NCBI GenBank assembly: GCA_963666315.2 | Contig: CAXXHG010000001.1 | Coordinates: 14,681 to 78,680, forward strand | Length of the DNA stretch: 64,000 nucleotides | Reading direction: 5' to 3' | From: Candidatus Binatia bacterium | Lineage (GTDB): Bacteria > Desulfobacterota > Binatia > Bin18 | Shown: in pieces, positions 29,147-39,418 of the stretch | Layout of the letters: every line of letters starts with the position of its first letter | How positions within the stretch are numbered: position 1 is the stretch's first letter | The notes under the pieces: generated by a model | Seen by the model: the letters and a program-made list of their open reading frames with translations, nothing else | Told to the model about the DNA's origin: nothing | Database searches by the model: none | Translations under genes and position numbers: made by a program

Positions 29147-30413
29147 TCACAACATCTCGTAGAAGCTGCCCTCACCGGGCACAAAGAGGCGGCTGTAGAA
29201 GCGCATGGCGTATGAGTCGGTCATACCGGCTAGGAAATCGCAGATGACGCGTTTCCGGTCGGTTTCGTTGCCGTCGAGTACGGCTTTTTCGTACTGCTCG
29301 CCATGATTTTCGGGGAAGAGGCCGATGGATTCGTGGCCTTGATCGAGGACGGCAAAGAGCCGTTGGAGCACTTCTTTGCCTTTGTGTCCGAGTGTGGTCA
29401 CACGTGGGTTGTGAATGACTTTATACGACTCAAACGCCTTGAGCGCTTCAATGCGGACCCGGTTGGGAAAGTCGGTGTCGATAAAAACCGTTGGGCTGAA
29501 CGGCGACGGGGCTGGCAAACTCGTGGATCAAATCGCGGGTTAACATTTTTCGTCCGGCCCGGGCTGAGCGCTGCTCAAGGTGTTCGAGCCGGTCGGCAAT
29601 TTGGGCCAGCTCGGTATGGACGGTGCCTTCATTGACTATCTGTTCCCAGGCCGTGAGGTTGGTATTCACGTCATGCACAACAAGCGCAGGCGGCAGACGC
29701 CGGAGGTCTGCGGTCGTCAATAAACCCGCTTTGAGGCTGTCTTCCAGATCGTGCACGGAGTAGGCAATGTCGTCGGCAACATCCATGATCTGGCATTCGA
29801 AGCTCTGTTTGTGGCCGCTGCCGGTGTGTTGGGTAATGGTCTCTACAAGTGCGCGGTCCCAGGCGTAGTAGCCTTTCGCCGGTCGCTGCGGCGCGTTGGC
29901 AATGGCTGCCGCGTCGATACACGTCTTATATTTGAGCACTCCATCAAGGGTCTGATAGGTCAGATTCAGCCCGGCATAGTCCTCGTGTTTTTGCTCGAGA
30001 TAGGTCAGGATGCGAAAGGTCTGGGCGTTGCCCTCAAAGCCGCCATGCGCACGCATAAGGCTGTGCAGCGTACGCTCTCCATTATGCCCAAAGGGTGGAT
30101 GACCGAGGTCGTGGGCTAAACACACGGCTTCAACCAAATCGGTATCAGCCCCAAGCGCGAGGGCAATGCCTTTGGCGATTTGTGCCACTTCGAGCGAATG
30201 GGTGAGGCGGGTACGAAAAAAGTCACCTTCATAGATACCGAAAACCTGGGTCTTGCCTTGTAGACGTCGGAAAGCAGCCGCATGAATAATCCGCGCCCGG
30301 TCGTGCTCAAATTCGGACCGGCAGTCGCTCTGTGCATGGCCTGGTTCCGGCGTATGCCGAAATGCGTGTGTTGTTTGGGCTGGTGTCACTATTGCCTCTC
30401 TATATGGCAGCAT
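29147..30413 (-). CDS. dgt: dGTP triphosphohydrolase; frameshift in a T-run near 29485
   Basis: FRRLQGKTQV, RTRLTHSLEVAQI, AHDLGHPPFGH, FEGNAQ, ADDIAY; C-terminal CDFLAGMTD in the second frame. Confidence 0.88.
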
Positions 30414-30772
30414 AAACGAGTTTTCTTCTGTCTCGCAAGGCGCTGTTCCTTTGCATGCTACGGGGGGCATATGATACAAAGCTTTTAGGTGGGCTGTCAG
30501 TGGGACACACAGATTGCATCCCACGTATTAGGGAGAGAGGCTCAGGTGGGGTAGACGGGCGGAGGCCGGAGAATACGACAACCGATAATCTTGGTGATAA
30601 TCTCGTAATCGCTGGAGGTACATGTAATGTGGTCGACAACGTGGAGTGATTTCTGCCGTGTTTCTTTGTGGCGGACCCGCTCAAAGGGAGCGTAAGAAGC
30701 ATACGCATATAGCGCCGGCGCTTTGGAAGAGTGCTGGCGTAAGGGTAGTGGAGGCGGTGCAGGATGAGGGGG

Positions 30773-31108
30773 ATGAAGAGACCCGTGTGGTCATTGTGCA
30801 TGTGCATTGTCTGGCTTATCTTTTTGGCCGGTTGTAGTGCCCAGCAGCGGATGTCGGACCAGGCTGTCGACGATCCCTTTGCCAGCGACCCATTTGACGA
30901 CCCGTTTTTCGCCCAGGCTCAGGCATGGGACGCTTCGGTACTGCAGCAGAGTGAGATCCTCTCACACCAGGGTGCAGATGCGTACGGTAGTAGTGCGATG
31001 GAGGAAGAGGAATCCACGCTCGAAAAGGGCCGAAATATCGTCTTCACTTCCGTTGCAGTCGGAGCCTCGCTGGCGAATCTCTTCCTACTGCCGCTACTCA
31101 TTCCATAG
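30773..31108 (+). CDS. Hypothetical lipoprotein
   Basis: Lipobox LAGC, DDPF repeats, hydrophobic C-terminus. Confidence 0.55.
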   Translation: MKRPVWSLCMCIVWLIFLAGCSAQQRMSDQAVDDPFASDPFDDPFFAQAQAWDASVLQQSEILSHQGADAYGSSAMEEEESTLEKGRNIVFTSVAVGASLANLFLLPLLIP

Positions 31109-31123
31109 AGTTCAGACTTACCG

Positions 31124-31177
31124 GTAGGGTGCGCCCTGCGCGCCAGGCCAGAGCGGGGCCGCGGCTGCGCATCCTAC
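31124..31177. repeat. GTAG-family REP inverted pair
   Basis: gtagggtgcgc ... gcgcatcctac. Confidence 0.6.
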
Positions 31178-31240
31178 GAATAGGTATGCAGTGGCAAATC
31201 GAATCGGCCTATGCTCTAATCGCGGCCCGAGGAGGCTGGT

Positions 31241-32404
31241 ATGGAAACGCTCAAGGATAAAACCGCAATTGTTGGAATCGGACACACCGAGTACTCGAAA
31301 GATTCGGGCCGAAGCGAGATGAGTCTTGCGGTCGAGGCAATCCGGAATGCCATTAACGATGCAGGGCTCAAGCCCGGCGACATCGACGGTATCGCAAAAT
31401 TCAGCATGGATAACAATGATCCGGTCGATATCGCGGCCAATCTCGGTATTCCGGCCCTGCGATTTTACGCCGAAGCCCCGTATGGCGGCGGTGGTGGTCC
31501 GGTGGGATCGATTATGCTCGGGGCAATGGCCGTGGCAACCGGTATGGCAAACTGTGTCATTGCCTTTCGAGCCATGAATGAACGCTCCGGACGTGGGACC
31601 CCGCGTTTTGGGCGGGCTGCCATTCGCAAAGGCGCGGCCGGCGTCGGAGCCTATCTCGAACCGTACGGGCTGTTTAGCCCGGCCCAGATGGTGGCCTTAG
31701 CCGCACGGCGGCATATGCATTTGTACGGCACCAAGAGTGAACATTTTGGTGCGATTTCGGTTGCGTGTCGGACGCATGCACAGACGAACCCGAATGCCGT
31801 TATGCGCGGCCGTCCGATCACGCTTGAAGATCATCAAAGCTCACGCATTATCGCTGACCCGCTCCATTTGCTGGACTGTTGCTTGGAAACCGATGGCGGT
31901 GCGGCTGTGGTGATTACCTCTACCGAGCGTGCAAAAGATTGCAAACATAAACCCATTTCTATTATGAGTGGGGCCTTTGGGGCGGGTGAGTGGAATACCC
32001 AGCGGGTGGTCAAAAACGTTGAGAAACCGGAGACGGAATCGACTATAGCCGGCAAGGCGCTTTTTGCCCGTGCCGGCATTACGCATGCCGATGTGGACGT
32101 GTGTTTTATTTACGACCACTTTACCCCCCTGGTCTTAATGGCAATCGAAGAGCTGGGCTTTTGTCAGCGTGGAGAAGGGGGAGAATTTGTCTCAGACGGT
32201 AAATTGCTGTGGCCGAACGGCTCTCTGCCGCTTAACACGAGTGGCGGCAATCTATCCGAAGGCTATATCCACGGCATGGAGAATGTGGTTGAAGCCGTAC
32301 GGCAACTACGAGGACAGGCCATCAATCAAGTTGAGGATGCGAAGATTGCCTTTGTCTCCTCGGGTAACGGAGTGCCGACCACGGCCATGCTGTTGCACCG
32401 CTAA
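31241..32404 (+). CDS. Ltp2-like lipid-transfer/thiolase-fold protein (retro-aldolase type)
   Basis: YGGGG in place of the catalytic Cys, LLDCCLETDG, YDHFTP, GYIHG. Confidence 0.85.
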   Translation: METLKDKTAIVGIGHTEYSKDSGRSEMSLAVEAIRNAINDAGLKPGDIDGIAKFSMDNNDPVDIAANLGIPALRFYAEAPYGGGGGPVGSIMLGAMAVATGMANCVIAFRAMNERSGRGTPRFGRAAIRKGAAGVGAYLEPYGLFSPAQMVALAARRHMHLYGTKSEHFGAISVACRTHAQTNPNAVMRGRPITLEDHQSSRIIADPLHLLDCCLETDGGAAVVITSTERAKDCKHKPISIMSGAFGAGEWNTQRVVKNVEKPETESTIAGKALFARAGITHADVDVCFIYDHFTPLVLMAIEELGFCQRGEGGEFVSDGKLLWPNGSLPLNTSGGNLSEGYIHGMENVVEAVRQLRGQAINQVEDAKIAFVSSGNGVPTTAMLLHR

Positions 32405-32598
32405 CGTATAGCCTCTGCTCGTTTCTGATAGCCGTCACACTCCAGAACCGGCAAGCGCGGATATTTTGGATAGTCTTCTTGCGTTTCGGAGCGTCCGCAA
32501 TAATAAAAGCGAGATCCCTTGGCGCTGACAATTTCACGCGTGTGCTTGCACGAGGCACATAGCCCGGTTTCAGGCGAAGAGGGATGTTGTTCAGCCAT
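32401..32598 (-). CDS. Small Cys-rich putative metal-binding protein
   Basis: GLCASC...FYYC...KYPRLPVLECDGY. Confidence 0.65.
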   Translation of the reverse strand: MAEQHPSSPETGLCASCKHTREIVSAKGSRFYYCGRSETQEDYPKYPRLPVLECDGYQKRAEAIR

Positions 32599-32764
32599 AC
32601 TCAAAATACCGCTGTTGCGCTGGGATGAGAGTCTCCCCGAGCCTGCATTGCCTTCGTGCGCTAGGATTGCTCTTGACAAGGAACTTATCAAGCTCATAGG
32701 CCAGGAGGGAAAAGGACACAACTGTTCTGATGTTTATCCTGTTTCGGAAGGAAAGGAGGCCCGC

Positions 32765-33223
32765 ATGGTAGCCCGCATAGTAGAATATGGCGATGTAAAA
32801 ACCCTGGTCGGTCAAGAACTCGGCACCTCTGATTGGCATCTCGTCACCCAAGAGGAAATTAATACGTTCGCTGATGCGACCCACGATCACCAATGGATAC
32901 ACATTGATGTCGAGCGAGCGAAAAAAGAGTCGCCGTTTGGAGGGCCGGTCGCGCATGGGTATTACACGCTTTCTCTTGCGCCGTATTTCATGGACCAAAT
33001 CTGGGCAGTCCAAGGGATTAAGATGGGTGTGAATTATGGACTGAATAAACTGCGCTTCCCGTCTCCCGTGCCTAGTGGCAAAAAGGTTCGGGCGCGCGCC
33101 ACACTCAACAGTGTGGAAGATGTGACCGGCGGACTCCAAGTCACGATTGGCCTGACGTTTGAGGTCGAGGGGAGCAGTAAGCCGGCCTGCGTGGCCGAAG
33201 GTGTGTATCGCTTCTACGCGTAG
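32765..33223 (+). CDS. MaoC family dehydratase
   Basis: FADATHDHQWIHID, AHGYYTLSL, NYGLNKLRFPSPV. Confidence 0.92.
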   Translation: MVARIVEYGDVKTLVGQELGTSDWHLVTQEEINTFADATHDHQWIHIDVERAKKESPFGGPVAHGYYTLSLAPYFMDQIWAVQGIKMGVNYGLNKLRFPSPVPSGKKVRARATLNSVEDVTGGLQVTIGLTFEVEGSSKPACVAEGVYRFYA

Positions 33224-33349
33224 AGAAGGTCCTGATACACTTGTAAGTCCGAGAGCATGCGTCGCTCTCGGACCTGTGCTAATCGTTGTTGTCTGCTTCC
33301 GTGGGTGCACCCAGCGTATCGTGAGCGAGGGAGTTGAAAGATGGCGGCT

Positions 33350-33820
33350 ATAGGTGAGAGTTCCTAAAGGGATGACTGCGCTGGTTTCGATTGCAGTGAC
33401 TGCCTGCATGCCAGGGGTCGCCTGCTCGGAGGATGCGATTTCTTGGCCAGCCTGTTCTGGAGGCGGGGAGGCCCAGAAATACAGTCCAGCGAGGACGGCT
33501 CCAACTATGCGCGGTGTTGTATTTCCCGAGAAGGTATGGGTCTGCTGAGCAGCTGATGTCCGCTGGGATAGTGCCGCAGGGGCAGCAGACGCAGAAGCGG
33601 AAGATTGTTCTCCTGACTGCAGCGTCGGTGCGTGCTCTTTCGGTTGAAACCGTGAGGGGACGGCTGCCGACTGAGAATCAGCAGGGGCACGGTCGAAGAG
33701 GACTTTGTAGGCACGCACCGGGCGCGCGATGTTTTTTACTTTTTGTGGACCTAAGTCTTCGTAAGAAAATTCGAGCTTCGTTTCGACTCGATCGAATACG
33801 GTCCCGGAAATACACACTTC
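33350..33820 (-). pseudogene. Remnant of class III adenylate/guanylate cyclase C-terminus plus linker/TM segment (3' boundary approximate)
   Basis: CISGTVFDRV...DLGPQKVKNIARPVRAYKV; catalytic N-terminal part absent. Confidence 0.65.
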
Positions 33821-34482
33821 CCCACCATCGGCCAGTGGTTCGAGTAGCTGGCCCAGGTCAGACTCTGCCCGCCATACTCTTCAAGCGCTGCGTGCCGCGC
33901 CTGTTGGAGAGCCATGCCAAGACTGTGGCCACTTGCCATACTTTGGAACCGGGTCAATTCAATGCCTTCAACTCCCTTGAGTAGACTGAGTAATTGCTGC
34001 GCCCCAATTTTCGCTTGGGGCAAGGTTTCTGTTGGATCGGCTATTAAGAGGACTTTGAAAGGTTGAGTGAGAGTGCCTGTGGCAGTCGTGACTGGGACGG
34101 CATAGTCGGTAATGATCTGCCGGCCGACTCGGAACTTTGTGGCCAGGAAATCATGGCCATCGTAGCACAGCTCCCACGGAAAATGGATGAGTTGTTCGAC
34201 CAAGCGGAGGTAGAGATCGCACGGCTCACCGGTCCGGAGGCGATTGCGAGCCGGTTCAGTCAATAAGTCAGAGAAAATCAACTCGCCAATGCGTTTGAGA
34301 TCCGGCAGCAGCGTGCCCGGCGTATCCGGATTGTACAGAGCCGTCGGCTCTTGGGACAGTTTGCCGTTTCCAGGCGCAACGAGCTTCATGGCCTCGTCTG
34401 CCGGCTCTTGGAGTAAACTGTTCTCGACCAGGGTCTCGCTGCGCTGCTGCTGAGCCGAACTCATGAGTACCGTGCCTTGCAA
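33821..34482 (-). pseudogene. CHAT-domain remnant with internal deletion
   Basis: LIHFPWELCYDG, VLLIADPTETLPQA, LGMALQQAR...LTWASY; the catalytic His/Cys segment is missing. Confidence 0.65.
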
Positions 34483-34627
34483 TGCACGTCTGCAAGTTCA
34501 ACGCAAAAAATACGTCGCAAAATTTTTTGTCGAAAAGTACTCCTCTGTCGGGCTAACTGCTTTCAGAACATTTTGTCAGGTCGATTTGTTTTGGAAAGTA
34601 GAAAGATGCAGAAAAATCATTGCGGTT

Positions 34628-35773
34628 TCAGGTTTCCGGCTGTAAGCGATGGGCATATTTGCGATACAAACCACGGAACTGGTGGTAGGTGAGTCCTAGT
34701 TGCGCAGCTGTTTTGCGTTGGTTATAGCGTGTTTTCTTGAGGGCGCGTTCGAGCAGTAGACATTCGAAATTTTGTACCGATTCAATAAATGGTTTGTCCA
34801 CTCGGCGAAGAGGCACACCAGGTTCTCTTTCGCCAGGCCCTCTGATGGATGTTTGATGTAAAGAGTCAGGCACGTCTGGGGTGGAGAGACGAAACGGTGA
34901 CTGAAACGGATCAGTCACGATATCGGAATCGCGGATAGTTGCACTATCCGCGCGATACACTGCTCGCTCGACAACGTTCTTTAATTCTCGGATATTCCCT
35001 GGCCACTGGTACCGGTCGAGGCTCGTGAGTGCGTCCTCACTGAAACGTGGGACGCTGTCTTTCCCCAGCTCAAACGCCATACGAGCGGCAAAGTGATTTG
35101 CCAAGAGAAAAATATCCTCGCGGCGTTCGCGCAGGGGGGGAAGGAAAAGGACCTCAAAAGAGAGCCGATCAAGCAAATCGGATTTAAAGCGGCCCTGGAC
35201 AGCCAGGGCTTTGAGATCGGCATTGGTGGCACCGATGATTTGGACATGCACCGAGATCGGCTGCGAACTTCCCACACGTTCGAAGCTGCCGTATTCGACC
35301 GCACGAAGAATTTTCTCTTGGGCTTCAGGAGGTATTTGACCAATTTCGTCCAGAAACAGGCTGCCGCCGTTGGCGGTCTCGAAACGGCCAAGACGCCGCC
35401 GCGTTGCGCCAGTAAAAGCGCCTTCTTCATGGCCGAACAATTCTGCTTCGATAAGCGCAGGTGACAGTGCTGCGCAGTTCAGGGTAACAAACGGTCCTTG
35501 CCAACGAGCAGAGAGGTAGTGCAGCCGGGACGCTGCCAGTTCCTTTCCTGTCCCGCGTTCGCCTATGAGCAAGACCGGCCGGTTGACCCGAGCGACCCGA
35601 GAGAGCTGCTCCTGAAATTCCAGAAATGATTCGGACTGGCCGAGCGCCTCCATTGAAGTGATTTGGGAAGTGATCTGCGGATTTGCCTGGAGATCCGTCT
35701 GCGAATCTATCTGATTCTCTAAAAGAGAATCCCGGACTAATTGACGGTTTTTATAGGTAGGTTTTTTCGCCAT
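34628..35773 (-). CDS. pspF: Phage shock protein operon sigma54 activator
   Basis: [43 protein letters not shown]; divergent from pspA. Confidence 0.93.
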   Translation of the reverse strand: MAKKPTYKNRQLVRDSLLENQIDSQTDLQANPQITSQITSMEALGQSESFLEFQEQLSRVARVNRPVLLIGERGTGKELAASRLHYLSARWQGPFVTLNCAALSPALIEAELFGHEEGAFTGATRRRLGRFETANGGSLFLDEIGQIPPEAQEKILRAVEYGSFERVGSSQPISVHVQIIGATNADLKALAVQGRFKSDLLDRLSFEVLFLPPLRERREDIFLLANHFAARMAFELGKDSVPRFSEDALTSLDRYQWPGNIRELKNVVERAVYRADSATIRDSDIVTDPFQSPFRLSTPDVPDSLHQTSIRGPGEREPGVPLRRVDKPFIESVQNFECLLLERALKKTRYNQRKTAAQLGLTYHQFRGLYRKYAHRLQPET

Positions 35774-35876
35774 TTTTTAGTTTTTATAACACGAATATGG
35801 GCTAACAAACTATACGTAATTTTCTTGTATGTTCATAAAGGCGTGAAATAAATTGACTTCTTTACTTTTCTGTAAT

Positions 35877-35892
35877 TGGCACGCTACCTGCT
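35877..35892 (+). promoter_or_regulatory. Sigma54 -24/-12 promoter of pspABC
   Basis: TGGCACGCTACCTGCT with exact GG-N10-GC spacing, 36 bp before the pspA ATG; AT-rich tract upstream. Confidence 0.85.
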
Positions 35893-35928
35893 CATACCCG
35901 ACTGAAGACTACACAAAGGAGAGACAGG

Positions 35929-36612
35929 ATGGGAATTTTTACACGAGTCCGTGACATTATTAGTGCGAATCTCAACGCCATGCTGGATAAAGCTGAGGAT
36001 CCAGAGAAACTCATTCGACTCATGATTAAGGAGATGGAGGATACCCTGGTTGAGATTAAGGCCTCGTGTGCCGGAGCCATGGCAGCGAAAAAGAAAATCG
36101 AGCGAGACTGCACGGCGGTCGAAACGCGGGCGACACAGTGGGGCGAGAAGGCCCAACTTGCTGTGGACAAGGACCGCGAAGACCTCGCCCGCGAGGCACT
36201 CATGGAAAAGCGGCGCTACACCGAACGTGCTGACGGCCTCAGAAAAGAATTGGCTGAGTGCGAGGGATTAGTTGATCAATACCAGGAAGACCTTGCTCAA
36301 CTCGAGGATAAGCTCGGGGCCGTACGCGAGAAGCAGCGTTTGCTTGTTCAGCGTCATATTCATGCCCACAAGCGCAAGCGTGCCCAAGATGAGTTGCGAC
36401 GACTCGACAGCTCGGATGCCTTTATACGGTTCGAACAATTTGAAAATCGAATCGAACGCATGGAGGCTGAAGCTGATTTGGTGAATCCCCGTCGTCGCCA
36501 TTCCCTCGACGAGGAGTTTGCCCGTCTAGAAGGCGATGAGGACATTGAAAAAGAGTTGGAAGCCCTCAAAGTTGCTGTCACAAGAGAGACCGGAGCTACA
36601 TCGCCGATCTAA
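35929..36612 (+). CDS. pspA: Phage shock protein A
   Basis: MGIFTRVRDIISANLNAMLDKAEDPEK. Confidence 0.95.
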   Translation: MGIFTRVRDIISANLNAMLDKAEDPEKLIRLMIKEMEDTLVEIKASCAGAMAAKKKIERDCTAVETRATQWGEKAQLAVDKDREDLAREALMEKRRYTERADGLRKELAECEGLVDQYQEDLAQLEDKLGAVREKQRLLVQRHIHAHKRKRAQDELRRLDSSDAFIRFEQFENRIERMEAEADLVNPRRRHSLDEEFARLEGDEDIEKELEALKVAVTRETGATSPI

Positions 36613-36652
36613 AGACGCCGCAAGAATGTACTACATGGAGTGAGTCTACGTT

Positions 36653-36913
36653 ATGGATGCTCAAATAGGCGCCGGGTTATTCGCAATTATACTCATCTTT
36701 GGCTCTGTCTTCGTTGCTGTAATCGGAGGACTGGCGCTTGCGGCTTGGGCGATATGGAGAAAAACTGCGCCCAAACAGGGACACCTTGCACAGGCTGACG
36801 AAGCGCAAATGGTCCAAGAGCTGTACCAAGGCTTATCGCGGATGGAAGAGCGAGTAGAGACATTGGAAACTCTCTTGCTTGACCAAGAAAGAAAAGGGCA
36901 AGGGAAACCATGA
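36653..36913 (+). CDS. pspB: Phage shock protein B-like membrane protein
   Basis: N-terminal TM segment, RMEERVETLETLL; lies between pspA and pspC. Confidence 0.8.
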   Translation: MDAQIGAGLFAIILIFGSVFVAVIGGLALAAWAIWRKTAPKQGHLAQADEAQMVQELYQGLSRMEERVETLETLLLDQERKGQGKP

Positions 36914-37290
36914 CAGCGACAGAACGTCCGGCGGGTTTGTATCGATCGCGAGACGGTATGATTCTCGGTGTATGTAAGGGAATCGCCGACTATCTCGATT
37001 TTTCACTCTTTTGGACGCGTATGCTTGCTGTCCTGTTCTTTATCTTCTCTGGCTTCTGGCCTGTCGGCGGTTTCTATTTACTTTCCGCTCTGGTCATGAA
37101 ACCTGAGCCTGTAGTGCCTTTTGGAAGTTCAGGTGAACGAGAATTTTATGACGCCTACGTCAATTCTCGCGGGCTTGCCCTGCATCGTTTGAAACGCACC
37201 TTTGATAATCTCGATCGTCGTATCCGACGCATGGAAGACGTGGTGACGAATCGCGAGTATGACTGGGAGCAGCGTTTGCACAAATCATAA
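36910..37290 (+). CDS. pspC: Phage shock protein C
   Basis: LYRSRDGMILGVCKGIADY, RIRRMEDVVT. Confidence 0.92.
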   Translation: MTATERPAGLYRSRDGMILGVCKGIADYLDFSLFWTRMLAVLFFIFSGFWPVGGFYLLSALVMKPEPVVPFGSSGEREFYDAYVNSRGLALHRLKRTFDNLDRRIRRMEDVVTNREYDWEQRLHKS

Positions 37291-37425
37291 ACTCTTCGCA
37301 AAACCACCTCGCCTGATCGCCTCCAGCAAAATTCGCTCGAAATTCGCTACGGTAGCAGAGCGGAAGAATGCCAGGTACATAGGACTGGGGAGACCTATAA
37401 CCTGTTGAGCATAAGGAGGGGGCTC

Positions 37426-39348
37426 ATGTCACTTCGACGCAGCACGACGTGCGCTTACGAGCGGAAAGTTGGCTGGACAACCGTACTTGCCATACTGCTT
37501 ACCGGCTTCATATTCACCCCAAGTTGGGCAATGAAACCAACGGGGCAGAAGCCTGATGGCAAAGCGCTGTATGAAGGCCACTGTGCCAAATGCCACGGCG
37601 GGAAATCTACCCGCGCCGCGCGGCTTGAGATTTTACACCGACTGCCTGCCGAGTTCATATTGCATTCGCTGGAACTCGGGAAAATGAAATTTCAAGGCGT
37701 CTTGCGTAGCAACGAAGAGCGCCGGGCCATTTCCGAATGGGTAACAGGTAAGAAACTCAAACCGGAATCCGCGACGGATGAAACCGTGGCCGGATTCTGT
37801 GCAGACGCGCCGGGCGAGTTCTCGGTCGAAGAAGGTGCTCCACAGTGGAACGGCTGGGGTGTGGATGCGGTAAACAGCCGCTTCCAGCCTGCGGAACACG
37901 CCGGTGTCAGCGCGGACCAAGTGCCAAAGCTGAGAGTGAAATGGGTGTTCGGTTTGCCCATGGACTACCAAACCTCGCAGCCGACTGTTGTTGGCGGACG
38001 GGTCTTTGTCGGCACTATGAAGGGCCGAGTTTATTCGATCGATGCCAAGACCGGCTGTCTATATTGGTCGATGAAACCAAAATCAGGCGTTCGCTCGACT
38101 CTGGTTATTGGCCAACTACCGGGCTCAAATCCACCTCGCTATGTGGTCTATTTTGGAGATTCAGAGGCCCGAATGTATGCTTTGGACGCAAGAACGGGCA
38201 AGGAGCTGTGGCGAACGCGTATTGACGATCATCCTATGGCGCGTATTACCGGCACGCCTAAGCTGCACGGCAATCGTTTGTATGTCCCGATCACGGCGTT
38301 AGAGGAAGCGGCTGGGGCGGATGCGGATTATGAGTGTTGTACCTTCCGCGGCACGCTGGTGGCCATGAACCCGATCAATGGCAAGACGGTCTGGAAGACG
38401 TATACCATTCCGGATCTTCCCGCCCCGTTTCGAAAAAATAGAATTGGAACGCAACTCTGGGGGCCGTCAGGCGCGTCAGTCTGGTCATCTCCGACGCTCG
38501 ACCTTGAACGTGGTAGAATGTATGTCACGACTGGTGATAACTATTCGGACCCGGCCTCGCTCACAAGCGATGCCATGATGGCCTTTGATCTCCGGACCGG
38601 GAAATTCCTGTGGTCGCAGCAATTCACACCGAATGATGCCTTTAATCTCGGTTGCGAGACTGCGGATGACACAAACTGCCCGGAGGCCAATGGGCCGGAT
38701 TTGGACTTTGGCTCTTCATCAATTCTCGCCAAGCTGCCGAATGGCAAACGCGTTCTGCTCGCGGGTCAGAAGTCCGGGGTAGTGCATGCCGTCGATCCTG
38801 ATCGTGACGGTGAGATTTTGTGGCAACAGCGCATCGGCAAGGGCGGCCTGATCGGTGGAATCCAGTGGGGACCGGCTGCCGATGCAAAGACGATTTATGT
38901 TGCCTTGTCAGATATTGGTGTGGAGACCCACAAAGATGAAGATTTGGGCTGGACGACCACGCTGAACACCAGCGTTGGTGGGGGTATGTTTGCGTATGAC
39001 ATCGAAACTGGTGAGCAGAAATGGTATACGCCACCCCCGGGCTGTGGTGAGCGTAAAGCCTGCAGTCCGGCTCAGTCGGCGGCAGTTTCCGTCATCCCGG
39101 GCGTAGTCTTCTCTGGTTCGGTGGATGGTCATTTGCGTGCCTACTCAACATCGGATGGTACGGTGGTGTGGGATTACAATGCGGACCAGGAGTATGAAAG
39201 TACGAATGGTGTGAAGACCCGAGGGGGCTCGTTTGACGGTCCAGGTCCCACGATTGTCGACGGGATGGTGTACGTTAATTCCGGTTATGGTTATTGGGGC
39301 GGCATGCCAGGCAACGCGCTTTTGGCTTTCTCAGTAGATGAGGAATAG
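37426..39348 (+). CDS. Cytochrome c-PQQ quinohemoprotein dehydrogenase (PVA dehydrogenase-like), paralog 1
   Basis: Signal peptide, CAKCH, WNGWG, ECCTFRG, GPDLDFG, GQKSG, YVNSGY. Confidence 0.9.
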   Translation: MSLRRSTTCAYERKVGWTTVLAILLTGFIFTPSWAMKPTGQKPDGKALYEGHCAKCHGGKSTRAARLEILHRLPAEFILHSLELGKMKFQGVLRSNEERRAISEWVTGKKLKPESATDETVAGFCADAPGEFSVEEGAPQWNGWGVDAVNSRFQPAEHAGVSADQVPKLRVKWVFGLPMDYQTSQPTVVGGRVFVGTMKGRVYSIDAKTGCLYWSMKPKSGVRSTLVIGQLPGSNPPRYVVYFGDSEARMYALDARTGKELWRTRIDDHPMARITGTPKLHGNRLYVPITALEEAAGADADYECCTFRGTLVAMNPINGKTVWKTYTIPDLPAPFRKNRIGTQLWGPSGASVWSSPTLDLERGRMYVTTGDNYSDPASLTSDAMMAFDLRTGKFLWSQQFTPNDAFNLGCETADDTNCPEANGPDLDFGSSSILAKLPNGKRVLLAGQKSGVVHAVDPDRDGEILWQQRIGKGGLIGGIQWGPAADAKTIYVALSDIGVETHKDEDLGWTTTLNTSVGGGMFAYDIETGEQKWYTPPPGCGERKACSPAQSAAVSVIPGVVFSGSVDGHLRAYSTSDGTVVWDYNADQEYESTNGVKTRGGSFDGPGPTIVDGMVYVNSGYGYWGGMPGNALLAFSVDEE

Positions 39349-39418
39349 TCATTTAGGAGACGAAATCCAGTCGATAACAAACCGTTGCGTTCTTGTAAGA
39401 GACAAAGGAGGGGCTGCC

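Noticed and set aside
32591-33350. 408-aa minus-strand ORF as one real protein
   Set aside because: The distal part is antisense to the clear MaoC gene; only the 5' part has cyclase-like sequence
34628-37290. Prophage suggested by phage shock genes
   Set aside because: Psp is a host envelope-stress system; there are no phage structural or integrase genes
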